Assembly (NCBI RefSeq): GCF_964204645.1
Contig: NC_134034.1
Location: 12,536,962 to 12,600,961 of the forward strand
Reading direction: 5' to 3'
Length of the DNA: 64,000 bases
Origin: Tubulanus polymorphus
Taxonomy: Eukaryota > Animalia > Nemertea
In this document: positions 34,301 through 46,341 of the stretch, one piece after another
Position numbering within the stretch: the stretch's first letter is position 1
How the letters are laid out: each line of letters begins with the position of its first letter
Position numbers and translations under genes: made by a program
The notes under the pieces: generated by a model
The model's database searches: none
What the model was told of the DNA's origin: nothing
What the model saw: the letters and a program-made list of their open reading frames with translations, nothing else

Positions 34301-34639
34301 CAGTTGGTCGGCTGTACTTTGTAAAGAGGACACCACTTTAAACTTCTTTCGTACATTCATGAAAAGAAGACCATGATTTAATTGAAAAGATGGGTTCTAT
34401 AAGATCACCTCTATAGTGATGTCATAGTGCGATATACGGAGGCGGCCATCTTTCTCAGAGTAGTAAGACTCTGTATAATGGTGTATATAGAAGTAAGGCT
34501 GGTGTGACGTGTATTTTTATAAACAGCTTTTGATGATGAAATTCGTACACTGTGTATAGAATTATAATGTATTGTATACAGCGCAATGTAATTAAATTGA
34601 ATAGAATATTATTACTGTATCTACTTGAAGAGTTGTTTT

Positions 34640-37612
34640 AAAGAGGGATGATGTCCCTGGTTCAAACCCTTCTGATGCTGAATAGAGGATGAAGAGGGAT
34701 GTCCAAGGTTCAAACCCTCCTGATGCTGAATAGAGGATGTACAGGGGTGTCCCTGGTTCAAACCCGGTCTATTGGTACTGATTCAGAGTGTTCCTGATGC
34801 TAAATAGAGGATGTACTGGCGTGTACCGGCCGTACGGTGCTGCCGCTAGGCTCATCGTTAGCGGGTTTTTCATACACTAACTTTAGTCAACTCTGGCAAT
34901 CGACGTGCTCTCCAGTAATACTCCGTAACCCTAGCTTGCCAGAGTTGACTAACGTTAGTGTATGAAAATCCCGCTAACAATGAGCATAGCGGCAGCACCG
35001 TACGGTGAAATGTTGATATCTTAAAAAAAATAATTACTGGCACTTATTCAAGGTGGTCCTGATGCTGAATAGAGGATGTACAGGGGTGTCCCGAGTTCGA
35101 ACCCAGTGATTACTGATACTGATTCTGAGTGTTCCTGATGTTTAGAGTTGTCATGCATAGATGGCTAATAACGACATGTTCGCCATCTATTGGAATTTCG
35201 CTGAACTGTCAAATTTCTAGAATTGACAATGGCAATCATTTTTGCTGAACCATATTTCACATGCGCCATCTACCAGAATTAAAGAGAACTAGTTATTTGA
35301 AAAAACGGATAAATAATGTGTCTCAGGTTCGAACCCACTCCCAGGTACTGACTCAGAGTGATTGATACTCAATTCCAGTGTTATATTCCAGTGCTGATAC
35401 TGATTCAGAGTTGTCCTGATGCTGAATGGGGGATGTACAGGGGTGTCCGGGTTCAAACCCATCAATTACTGTGATTCAGTGTGGTCGTGATGGATAAAGG
35501 ATGAACAGGGGTGTCCCAGGTTCGAACACAGTAATTACTGATACTGGTTCAGAGTGGTACTGATGCTGAATAGAGGATGTACAGGGGTGTCCTGGGTTCA
35601 AACCCAGTAATTACTGATACTGATTCAGAGTGGTCCTGATGCTGTATAGAGGATGTACAGGGGTGTACGGGTTCGAAACCAGCGCAAACTGACTGATTCA
35701 GTGGTCCTGATGCTGTATAGAGGATGTACGGGGGTGTCCCGGGTTCAAACCCAGTAATTACTGATACTGATTCAGAGTGGTCCTGATGCTGTATAGAGGA
35801 TGTACAGGGGTGTACGGGTTCGAAACCAGCGCAAACTGACTGATTCAGTGGTCCTGATGCTGTATAGAGGATGTACGGGGGTGTCCCGGGTTCAAACCCA
35901 GTAATTACTGATACTGATTCAGAGTGGTCCTGATGCTGTATAGAGGATGTACAGGGGTGTACGGGTTCGAAACCAGCGCAAACTGACTGATTCAGTGGTC
36001 CTGATGCTGTATAGAGGATGTACGGGGGTGTCCCGGGTTCAAACCCAGTAATTACTGATACTGATTCAGAGTGGTCCTGATGCTGTATAGAGGATGTACA
36101 GGGGTGTCCGGGTTCTAACCCAGTAATTACTGATACAGTGATCCAGAGTGGTCCTGATGCTGAATAGATGATGTACAGGGATGTCCCGGGTTCGAACCCA
36201 GCGTAAACTGACTGATTCAGAGTGGTCCTGATGCTGTATAGAAGATGTGTAGGGGTATCCTGGGTTCGAAACCAGTAATTACTAATACTGATTCCGAGTG
36301 TTCCTGAAGCTGTATATAGGATGTACAGGCCGGGTGTCACGGGTACGAAACCAGTACTGACACTGATTCAGAGCGGTCCTGATACTGGATAGATGATGTA
36401 CAGGGTGTCCCGGGTTCGGACCCAGTAATTACTGACAGTGATTCAGAGTGGTACTGATGATGCCGAGTAGACTGGAGGATGTACAGAGGTGTCCCGGGTT
36501 CGAAACCAGTATATTGGTACTGACATGATGCTGATTAGAGGATGTACAGGGCGCGTCACGGCCGTACGGTGCTGCCGCTATGCTCATCGTTAGCGGGATT
36601 TTCGTACACTAACGTATATCAACTCTGGCAATCGACGTGCTTTCCAGTTATACTCCGTAACCCTAGCTTGCCAGAGTTGATTTACGTTAGTGTATGAAAA
36701 TCCCGCTAAAAATGAGCATAGCGGCAGCACCGTACGGTAAAATGTTGATATCTTAACAAAAGTAATTAGTAGTACTGATTCAGAGTAGTCCTGATGCTGA
36801 ATTGAGGATGAAAAGGGGTGTCCCTGGTTCGAAACCGGTATATTGGTACTGACATGATGCTGATTAGAGGATGTACAGGGTGCATCCCGGCCGTACGGTG
36901 CTGCCTCTATGCTCATCGTTAGCGGGATTTTCATACACTAGTGTCAGTCAACTCTGGCAATCGACGTGCTGTCCAGTAATACTCCGTAACCCTCGCTTGC
37001 CAGAGTTGACTAACGTTAGTGTATAAAAATCCCGCTAACAATGAGCATAGCGGCAGCACCATACGGTAAAATGTTGATATCTTAAAAGTAATTACTAGTA
37101 CTGATTCAGAGTGGTCCTGATGCTGAATTGAGGATGAACAGGGGCCGGGTACCCAGTAATTACTGATACTGATTCAGAGAGGTCCTGATGCTGAATAGAG
37201 GATGTACAGGGGCCCGGGTACCCAGTAATTACTGATACTGATTCAGAGTGGTCCTGATGCTGAATAGAGGATGTACAGGAACCCGGGTACCCAGTTATTA
37301 CTGATACTGATTCAGATTGGTCCTGGTGCTGTTTATTGGATGCACAGATGTGTGGGTTTATTATGCATAGATTGCTAATAACGACATGTTCGCCATCTAT
37401 TGGAATTTCGCTGAACTGTCAAATTTCTGGAATTTACAATGGCATTAATCTTTGTTGAACCATATTTCACATGCGCCATCTATCGGAAGTAAAGAAAACT
37501 CATGCTTCGAAAAAATTGTATGGGGGTGTCCCATTACTGATACTGATTCATAGCGGTGCTGATTCTGAGTAGAGGGATGTACAGGGGTGTCTTGGGTTCG
37601 AACCCAGTAATT
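34640..37612. repeat. Complex satellite of ~70-75-bp tRNA-like units with three embedded 176-bp foldback elements
   Basis: Unit GATTCAGAGTGGTCCTGATGCTGWATAGAGGATGTACAGGGGTGTCCCGGGTTCRAACCCAGTAATTACTGATACT; foldbacks at 34830-35005, 36562-36737 and 36891-37066. Confidence 0.9.
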
Positions 37613-37776
37613 AAATCCTCTCACGAAAGTCATGACAGAAAATCATTAAAATTTTACTAGAAATTTTTATAAAATTTATTCATCGAAATATTAATATATT
37701 TACAATATTTTTCTGCATACACATACACATACAGATCATTCAGACACTAAAACACTCTACTATGCTATATTCTATC

Positions 37777-38210
37777 TCCTGAGAGGGTTTAGGCACTACC
37801 CTGACCCCTGAGAGGGTTTAGGCACTACCCTGACCTCTCAGGGGGTGAGGCACTACGCTGACCCCTGAGAGGGTTTAGGCACTACCCTGACCTATCAGGG
37901 GGGTGAGGCACTACGCTGACCCCTGAGAGGGTTTAGGCACTACCCTGACCTCTCAGGGAGGTGAGGCACTACCCTGACCCCTGAGAGGGTTTAGGCACTA
38001 CCCTGACCTCTCAGGGGGTGAGGCACTACCCTGACCCCTGAGAGGGTTTAGGCACTACCCTGTCCCCTGAGAGGGTTTAGGCACTACCCTGATCTCTCAG
38101 AGGGTGAGGCACTACCCTGTCCTCTCAGAGGGTGAGAGGTACTACCCTGTCCCCTGAGGGGTTGAGTCACTACCCTGACCCCCGAGAGGGTGAGGCACAA
38201 CCCTGTCCCC
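37777..38210. repeat. 28-29-bp minisatellite (CTGAGAGGGTTTAGGCACTACCCTGACCC), ~15 copies, two alternating variants
   Basis: Directly visible; lies downstream of the CCDC34 stop codon. Confidence 0.92.
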
Positions 38211-38365
38211 CATTAAGGGAGTCTCTACTATATAGAAATAAATTACTATTTGAAAGCAGCTGAAATGCGAAAGGCACGAGTTTGGCTGGTTAGTAACGAG
38301 ACAGTCCTCTATATCCATGGAAACTGATACAGTTTTTCATTGGTCCGTCCGGGGGTTTGAACCGA

Positions 38366-41300
38366 TCAATAATATTTACTCGGATTCCAGCGTTTATTTT
38401 TCGGGTTTACCGGTTTCGTTTTCTTCCTAGCGACATGTTGTTTGGGTACGTGTACCGGTTGCCATGGTATCGGATTGTAGTAACTAGGCGTCGGGTAGGC
38501 CGTGCGATCGTAATAACCTGAAACAGATACCAAAACATCTGAGAATTCTTCAATTCAGTTCAGGGATAGGTAGCTGCTGCATCCTTAGACCTGAGGCACT
38601 ATTACTGGGAAGCTTCCTCTATGTAGGACCGACCGTGTCTTAATCCGCCCCTGATTTTTCAAAGGGTTTTAAAGGAAAAAAATATCCACAATCTGTGGTA
38701 GCCAGACACCAGGGTGCGATCTAAGCACTTGTCCGATTGCCCGGGACAAGTATATTCTCATCAGGGCAAGTAGGTTATCATTTATCACTTGTCCCCCGGG
38801 CTAGTGCAATTTTATGTCACAAAGCTTTTTTCCCACTCGATACAACGGACGATAGTGTCACCAATCGGACTGCCTGTGTAGGGCAAGTAGCTTTTGGACG
38901 AGGGGGCAAGCGAAATTTCAAATATGCTTCGTGGATTTCATTCCTTAGATCGGACACGAGACACGCGCTGGTAAATGGGAACACTGCGCTATAAACCGGT
39001 TTGAAAGTCTAGGCAGTCGCCTGGCGTGTACGCACTACAATAAAACCAATTTGAAAGGGAAACCGGTTAATAATCGACTGAATTATCGTTCAATTCGAAC
39101 CTAGATAAATTTGCGTTAACGTTGTGTAAATTGTCGGACGAAGTCGTTTTCAATGTAGCCATTATTAAATATAAATACTCATACACTACATTAACGGTGC
39201 AATAATGTGTGTGCGTTTTTTTTTCATTCATTCATTCGTTGTAATATTGATTTTTGTTTCCGTACTGTCCCGGCGTCAACGTTGTTGTTGTTGCTAGCCG
39301 CGGTAACGTACGCGCGCTTTAAAAACCGCACCGAACCGACGTAGCAACCAGATATCAACAACAAACACCGCGCAAAAAATAACGTAATAGTCACGGGTGA
39401 CTCGGTCGGAGAGTGCAGAGATTACGGATTACGGCAGCTGATTACTGATTAGTCATAGAGGATTAACACATTTTTATCACGGTTTAGGTACGTTTTCTCA
39501 AATTGATGACCTATTTCATAGTTTATTTCGAAATAAAGCGAAATCTAAATAGCTATTTGAACTCTTCGTTGCTTTTCGTATTTCAGCTTCGAAACGTGAA
39601 TTCGAAACGTGAATATTTTATTTCGCAGAACAAATAACGTATTGGAACTAGAATGGAGAACGAATCGGAAATACCGGACTCGCAACAAACCGAGGAACAA
39701 CAGGAAACTACTCCAGAAGAAACTACGACCGAAACTACTCAAGAAGTAGAGGCCGCGGATGAGCCCATCTCCGAAACTGGCCAACAACCTGAAGCTCCGG
39801 GAGAACCTACTTCGGAAATTACACAAGAACAGGAGACTGCAGGAGAACCGTCTGCTTCTGAAACTACGCAAGAACCAGCAGCAGAACCGGAAGACTCACA
39901 AGAAGTACCCGAAGAGGATGGTAATTCTCGTGAGGCCTCGCAAACAGTGGAAGAAGAAACCCCCGCGGAATCTCAGGAAAACGAGCAACAATCGCAAGAC
40001 GTCGTCGCCGGAGACGAAGAAAGTGAATCGCCGTCTGCCGCAAGGAGAGAAACGTCGGCAAAATCGGAGAAAACTGTTTCAATAGCCGAGGAAGAGGTGA
40101 CAGGTCAAGAGGTCATAGCTGATAGTCAGGAGGTCACAGATGGAGGCCAGGATGTTACCGATGGAGGTCAGGAGGTTTCTCGGGATATTACCGATGGAGC
40201 TCAAGAGGTTGCCGCTGATGACGAAGGTGCAGGTTCTAGACCGGTTACAGGAGGTACCCAGCAGTCACGACAAAGCACGGCCAAATCGGGTAAAAACAGA
40301 AGAACCGACAAAGCGCCCTCTAGTCGCTGACGTCGTCACTATTCTAACGATTAACATCCGTCTGCTATTGATTTTCAGGACGTACGTTCAGCACGCGGTC
40401 ACCGAGCAGCGTAGCGTTCACCGACGTTAAAGACGATCCGTTCAGGGTGAAAGCCGATCCGCCGAAAACGTTCGACGCGTGTTACCTGGCCAACGCGCTC
40501 GGTAACGTGCTCACCGAGGCGCTCGCCGAGGTCGCCGATAAACGACCTTGGGATCCGGTGGAGTACCTGGCGATGTGGTTGTACAAATACGCGGAAACTC
40601 GCGACCAGAAAATTCAGGTTAGGCTAAATTGAAATAATACCTTGTTTCTCCTAATCAGCAAGGTCACTTTCATAAACCGCAACAAAATTTGTAATCGGTT
40701 CATTTCTATAACTGCCGGGTCTGTTATTGTCAGCTTGATCATAATTTTGATCATAAAATAATGTACAGGGGCCAGTTCCACAGTTGTGAGTTTGTTACCT
40801 CTGAGTTAAAAATCAGTTCATTTCCTCCAATGAGTTAACTCCCGAGTCAAATCCTAACTCACAACGGTGGAACTGGGTCCAGGGTAGATAGAAACAACTA
40901 CTTTTAAGCTCAGTAGAAATGAGAAACAAGGTACCAATTTTAGTAGCCTAACGACTAAATGACTTCGAGATCGATATCTTTGAAATACATCGACGGTTAT
41001 AAACGATGTATTTTCAGGAAGCCGAAGAACTGGAAGAACGACAAGAGCTGGAGCGAGAGCAACGAGAACAACAGGAACGTAAACAACAACTTAAAGAGGA
41101 ACTGAGCGTTCAAAGGGAACAAGATAAACAAATAGCTAAACAAAAACAGGAAGAACAAGAGAGAGAACAACAATTACAGTAAGTTACCGTGGAAACCCGC
41201 TTGATTCGGGATGGTTTGATCCTAGGGCTGCAATCGCTCATAAGTTGGTTACAGATATCCCCCGGATAAATACCATAGTAACAATGAACTTCTAATTGTC

Positions 41301-44300
41301 ACTGTGTGAACTGTCCACTGGTTAACTCTAACCAACTTTAGAGCAACTGCAGCCCCTGATTTTGATCCAATGTTTAATCCAGAATTCCCATAAACCAGAC
41401 AAATTTCTTTGTTCCTAATGATCCGTGTTAAGTAGGTTCTACTATAGAACAATGCGGTCTAATAGACACTGGAGTCTGGATCCATCCATTACTGTCGATA
41501 TTTTCAGGGAGGCTGCAGCAGGTTTAGCAGATGTGACCGGAGCTGAAAGAGCAGCAGCAGCAGCAGCTGAAGGAGGAGAACCAGCTCCTGAACAGGACGA
41601 TCCTACAGCTGTAACTACGACGCAAACTGAATTAGACTGGAAGGTTTTACATCGAGCCGCCGCTGATCCAGGTTTAACTCTTACTGTTATATGTCGCTGT
41701 TAATTATACTCTAAAACCTAACTCAGGTCGACTAAGATCCGATCAGATCGTTGGATCTTTAAGGCAGTCAAATCCGTGATTTTTAATTCGGGAACAGCTT
41801 TGATTACGACCGATCGTAAGTTGAATCGCGAGGATAGAACCAAGTTCTATTCTCTACAACCCGATCAGATCACCGTAGCTAATGCATCACATTGCCCGGG
41901 ACAAGTAATATTCTCATCAGGGCAAGTAGGTTATCATTATCACTTGTCCATCGGGCGAGTGTAATTTCATGTCAGAAAACTTTTTTCCCACTCGATACAA
42001 CAGATGATAGTGCCACCAATCGGACTGCCTGTGAAGGGCAAGTAGCTTTTGGACGGGGCAAACGAAATTTCAGATATGCTTGCCCCCCGGGCAAGTGGCT
42101 TTCATTCCCTAAATCGAACCCTGATGACCTAGTCGTAGCCTGCCTGAGTGCTCTTTAAGAAACCTGCGACGAACGAATCGACAATCAGCGTTCTGTTCTT
42201 ACGACAATCTTGTTTTAATTGTATTACAGACAGCGATATGACGGCGTTATTGAATCAAGGCTACGATTTAACGACGCGTGATTCAAATGATAAAACAGTT
42301 CGTGAAATCGCTATTGATAAACAAATACAAACGCATGTAGACGCTATCGGTGAGTTATTTACTTCAATTTATCAGTGCGGCTACTCTTAATTCACTCACT
42401 TTTCTCCTGACTATTCCATGCATGTTGTTTTCCCTGATTTTCATGCTTTTTTCCATAAAATTCCCAGACTATTCTCAGACTTTTTTAAGAAGAGAAAATT
42501 CCGTGACTTGGCCCTGGACCCAGTTGCACAGTCATGACTTAAGTCCAAAAGTGGTCTTAAATCTTTAGACTGGTCTTAAGTTGTTAGATTGGCTGTAGAT
42601 TGGCTGTCTTAGACTGGACTTTAGTCTAAGCCTTGACTATGCAACCGGCCCCTGAGTTCTAGCTTTTTTTAAACAAAATTCTGTGACTTTTTAAAGAAAA
42701 AAAAAATTCCGACTTTCCCCCCGATTTTTAGCTTTTTCACAAAATTCCACAATATTACTCGATTTTCAAGTTAGTGGCGCCACCCTGCTTCCTGTTTCTA
42801 AATAATCATGGGAAGAATTCTTTCGGTTGAAATTCTTAAATATTTTCCCGCTGTTTTTAGACGCGCATGTTTGCGGTTTATTCGAGAAAGGAGATATGGA
42901 TCAAATACAGCGCCTCCTATTGAGAGGATATGCGCAATTCCCGGAGCTCGGACTGAAATACGGAACAGAAGGGGAAGGACTGAACGAAGAGGCGTTCCAA
43001 TTCTGGAAAATCATTCCGGACTTACAGGTAATGCCACCTAGCTGTGTCAAATCGTAGATCATTTCAAAGATGGACGCTTCCTTAAATCCCCCCTATGACA
43101 TCATAGCTTATCGCGGTACGATTTCTTTTTTCGTCGACTAGCAAAAAATAGCGTCCGCCCACAAAGCGGTCCTCGATGGCGACCTACGAGAATTACAACA
43201 ACAATTAGATCGCAAACAACTGGCAGGCGGCGTCGACGAGAAAGGGTTAACGCTGTTACATAAAGCCATTATCAACGAGAAAATGGAGCTAATCGATTAT
43301 CTGATAACAACGTTCCCGGAGATATTAGAGCTGACCGATCCGGTGAGTGTTTTGAGATTCATAGTTTTTCGAGAGACGGACGCTCCACGTCGGATTCAAC
43401 CGGTTTTTATCATCTATCGTTACAGTCTAAGAGAACAGCGATGCACTACGCGTACGCCTCGACTAACGATGGTATAGTCGAACTACTCAAATCAAACAAC
43501 GCCTCACTAACTACTCTAGATCTGGTAAGAATTGAAAAAAATATCAACGAAAACTAGTTAAATTCGCCATGGTAACGCAACAATGCGTATATTTAATAAT
43601 CGGTATCGTCGTTCAGGGAAATCACGAGCCTCAGTTTTACGCGACGAACAAAGAACTTATACAACGATCGTTACTAACGGTAACCGAGCAGACGGAAGAA
43701 GCGGCTGTAGCAGCAGACGGACAATCCGAAGAACCCGCGGCGATGGAGGATGGAAATGCTGATGCTGCTGCTGATGCTGTTACTGACGGAGCTGCTGCTG
43801 ATGTCGAGGGTATTTCATCCTGTTTCTTTCATCAAATCAGAAACTGTCAGAATTTGAATTCCATAGAAATGATATATGAGTTTAACTAATTTGAATTGCA
43901 GGGCAGCAGGCAGAGGAGGTTGGAGCCGGACTGGAGGAGGTTGGAGCCGGACAGGAGGAGGTTGGAGCCGGGCAGGAGGAGGTTGGAGCCGGGCAGGTAG
44001 ACCAACAGGAAGAGGCAGCCGAATAAATAAATATCATTATTTATGCATTAATTATTTATATCTTTACTAATTAGTTCATAGCAATAAACAATGTTATTGG
44101 ACGTTATTATTTGTGACTTTTTTACTTCTGATACATGGACGCTAAACACTAACAGTGAAATCGAAGCAAAAACAATGAAATGAATCTTGAAAACCAAATT
44201 GATACAAAATACACTCAAAACTGAGGCAAAAATACTCTTGAAATGGACCCTAACCTCATGATCGAAGCAAAAATACTTTTGAAATGGACCCTAAACTCGA

Positions 44301-46341
44301 AATTGAAGCAAAAATACTCTTGAAATGGAACCTCAAGTGAAGCACATAATCAAAGCCACTTTTTCTACCAATTAAGGAATGCAGTGTATGAACTGATCAC
44401 ACACTTACCGGTCAGTTTACCAGACGTATACCCGTAACTGTTGAACGCTGTTTTCGGACGATCTTTCGATAATTTCAGCCACTTTTCAAACGCGGCCGTC
44501 GCTTCCTCTTTCTTACGTTGCTGCTCTTCTAACGTTTTCTGTTTTTTCTCATCTTCCTCTTGTTTCTGTTTCAGTTCGGCTTCTTTTTTTTGTCTGAACG
44601 AAAAAAAATGTTTAATTTTTTCAATTTTTCGTAAATTCATCCTCTCGGAAAAGTGATTTTCAGATAAGTGGCGCCACCGTGCTCCCCGTTACCTCGACCA
44701 TTCTTTATATTTCTGTTTCGATTTCTCTTCGACGTGTCGTTTCTCTTCGGTTTTCATTTCCTCCGCGACTTTTTGTTTCTGTTTCTCGAGTTTCGTTTTC
44801 GTTTGTTCCTGGATGTTTTTCTGATGAAGCCACTCTTTACGTTTCTCCTCGGCTTGTTTCAGTTTGCGCTGTTTTTCCGTTTCCAGGCGCTGTTTCTCTT
44901 CCTGTTCGCGTTTCAGTTTCTCTCGTTCTTGCGTTTTTTTCTTGCGTTCGAGTCGGGCTTTTTCGACGAGCCATTTCTCCCACGACGACAGCTTTTTGAT
45001 TTTTGCCTCCTCATCATCATCATCATCATCAGCAGCAGCAGTTTCACTGAATCATTAAAATAAACATGATTATAATCTTACATATTACTTATAGAAAGAA
45101 TACCCCAGATTATCCATATATGAACCTGGGCCCGGTTCACCAGTTGAGAGTTAGAGTTAACTCGGAGTTAAAGTTAGTTCATTTCAGTGAGTTAACTCAG
45201 AGTCAAATCTTAACTCAGAACTATGGAACTGGGTCCTGATCTATTTATAAAAAGGCCTCGCCTCTGGGGCCAGTTGTTGCTCTGTCATGGCTTAGACTCA
45301 AGACCAGCCTAAGGCCAACTTATTTCAATAGCCAATCTAACAACTTAAGACCAGTCAAACACCATTTTGGTTCTATAGCCAATCTAATAATTTAAAACCA
45401 GTATAAGCTCATTTTGGTTCTATAACCAATCTAACTTAAGACCAGTCTAAGCTCATTTTGGTTTTACAGCTAATCTAACAACTTAAGACCAGGCAGTCTA
45501 AGACCATCATAGCTCAATTTGGTTCAATAGCCAACTTAACAACTTGAGACCAGTGATAAAACTTAAGACTTTTGGAATTACTTTGCAGCCAGGTCAAACC
45601 CGCTCTAAACCTTGAACTTCAAACAACTTTATGACTAAAGCAGCTTCTTCGCCCTACCTCCCTCTCCCCCACTCAACTCTCCTTTCACCTCTCACCTACC
45701 CTCCCCCAGACCTTTTTACTCACCTCTCCCTTCCCAGGATTATCTACTCACCTCCCCTATCTAACCACTCCACCTCCAACCCTTAATTCTCACCTATCAA
45801 ACGCTTTTATTCCGTTGTTATTCAATTCTTTATTCTGTTTATCGTCGAGTTCAGTTTTCTTGTCGTCGTTTTTCTCCTCGTTCCGCTCATCCTCATTGTT
45901 GCGGCCGTCGACGGTTACGCCGCCGATATTCTCTATATCTGCGTCGTAATCGTCGAGGCTGTCGTGATCGAGAACGGAGATCAAAGATTTCGTCGAATCG
46001 CCTGAAAATTAAATTAAATAAACTTTGAATTCTTTCACTCAAGCCTAAATTGGTTCTAATTCTTCCTCAGAAAATTTGCTTCATTTTTAGATATTTTTTT
46101 CTTAACTTTATATTTCAAATTAAGTTCCAAAAAAAATCCTATTCTAATTTTTGGGTCAAAAAAAGACAAGAATCCTAGATCTGCCCAGAATAATGAACTT
46201 GAACTTCAATTCAATTATATTGTTGATACCTGTTGAATCTAGTGATAATGAATGACTGCTTGAACTGATAATTCGAGTGCTCTCATGAACCGGTGACGGG
46301 TGTTTAACAATAGCGGTCACTGGACGAGGTCTCGCACTCAT
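38366..46341 (-). CDS. CCDC34: Coiled-coil domain-containing protein 34
   Basis: Exons 46341-46230, 46001-45794 (DSTKSLIS), 45046-44693 (LSSWEKWLVEK + K/E-rich coil), 44593-44409 (FEKWLKLSKDRPKTAFNSYGYTSGKLT) and 38517-38366 (GYYDRTAYPTPSYYNPIPWQPVHVP...*). Together these match the CCDC34 C-terminal signature SYGYxxGKLTGxYxxxxYPxPxxxNPIPW. Confidence 0.88.
39653..44026 (+). CDS. Acidic N-terminus + Dpy-30 (DYDC-like) dimerisation domain + coiled coil + ankyrin repeats; nested in the CCDC34 intron
   Basis: Exons 39653-40289 (E/Q/T-rich), 40379-40617 (YLANALGNVLTEALAEVADKRPWDPVEYLAMWLYKY, Dpy-30 motif), 41018-41178 (coiled coil), 41508-41671, 42230-42349, 42861-43027, 43142-43342 (GLTLLHKAIINEKMELIDYLI, ankyrin), 43426-43524 (RTAMHYA), 43617-43809, 43902-44026 (EEVGAGQ repeats; stop overlaps AATAAA). 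Confidence 0.85.
40769..40879. mobile_element. Harbinger-like MITE family C (GGGCCAGTTCCACAG...CTGTGGAACTGGGTC); other copies 45129-45235, ~25050-25137, ~47508-47620, ~24352-24467
   Basis: Inverted ends with CAG (40766/40880) or CTG (45126/45236) target duplications and a shared internal TTAGTTCATTT core. Confidence 0.8.

Noticed and set aside
35549-36340. 263-aa minus-strand ORF
   Set aside because: Translation of the satellite; no domain or splice support.
34640-37612. CRISPR-like array or hammerhead (retrozyme) satellite
   Set aside because: Units are tandem with no unique spacers and no cas genes. The CTGATG is followed by C rather than A and directly follows GTC, leaving no stem I, so it is not a hammerhead.
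44668-45063. Phe-rich plus-strand ORFs
   Set aside because: Antisense shadows of the K/E-rich CCDC34 exon.
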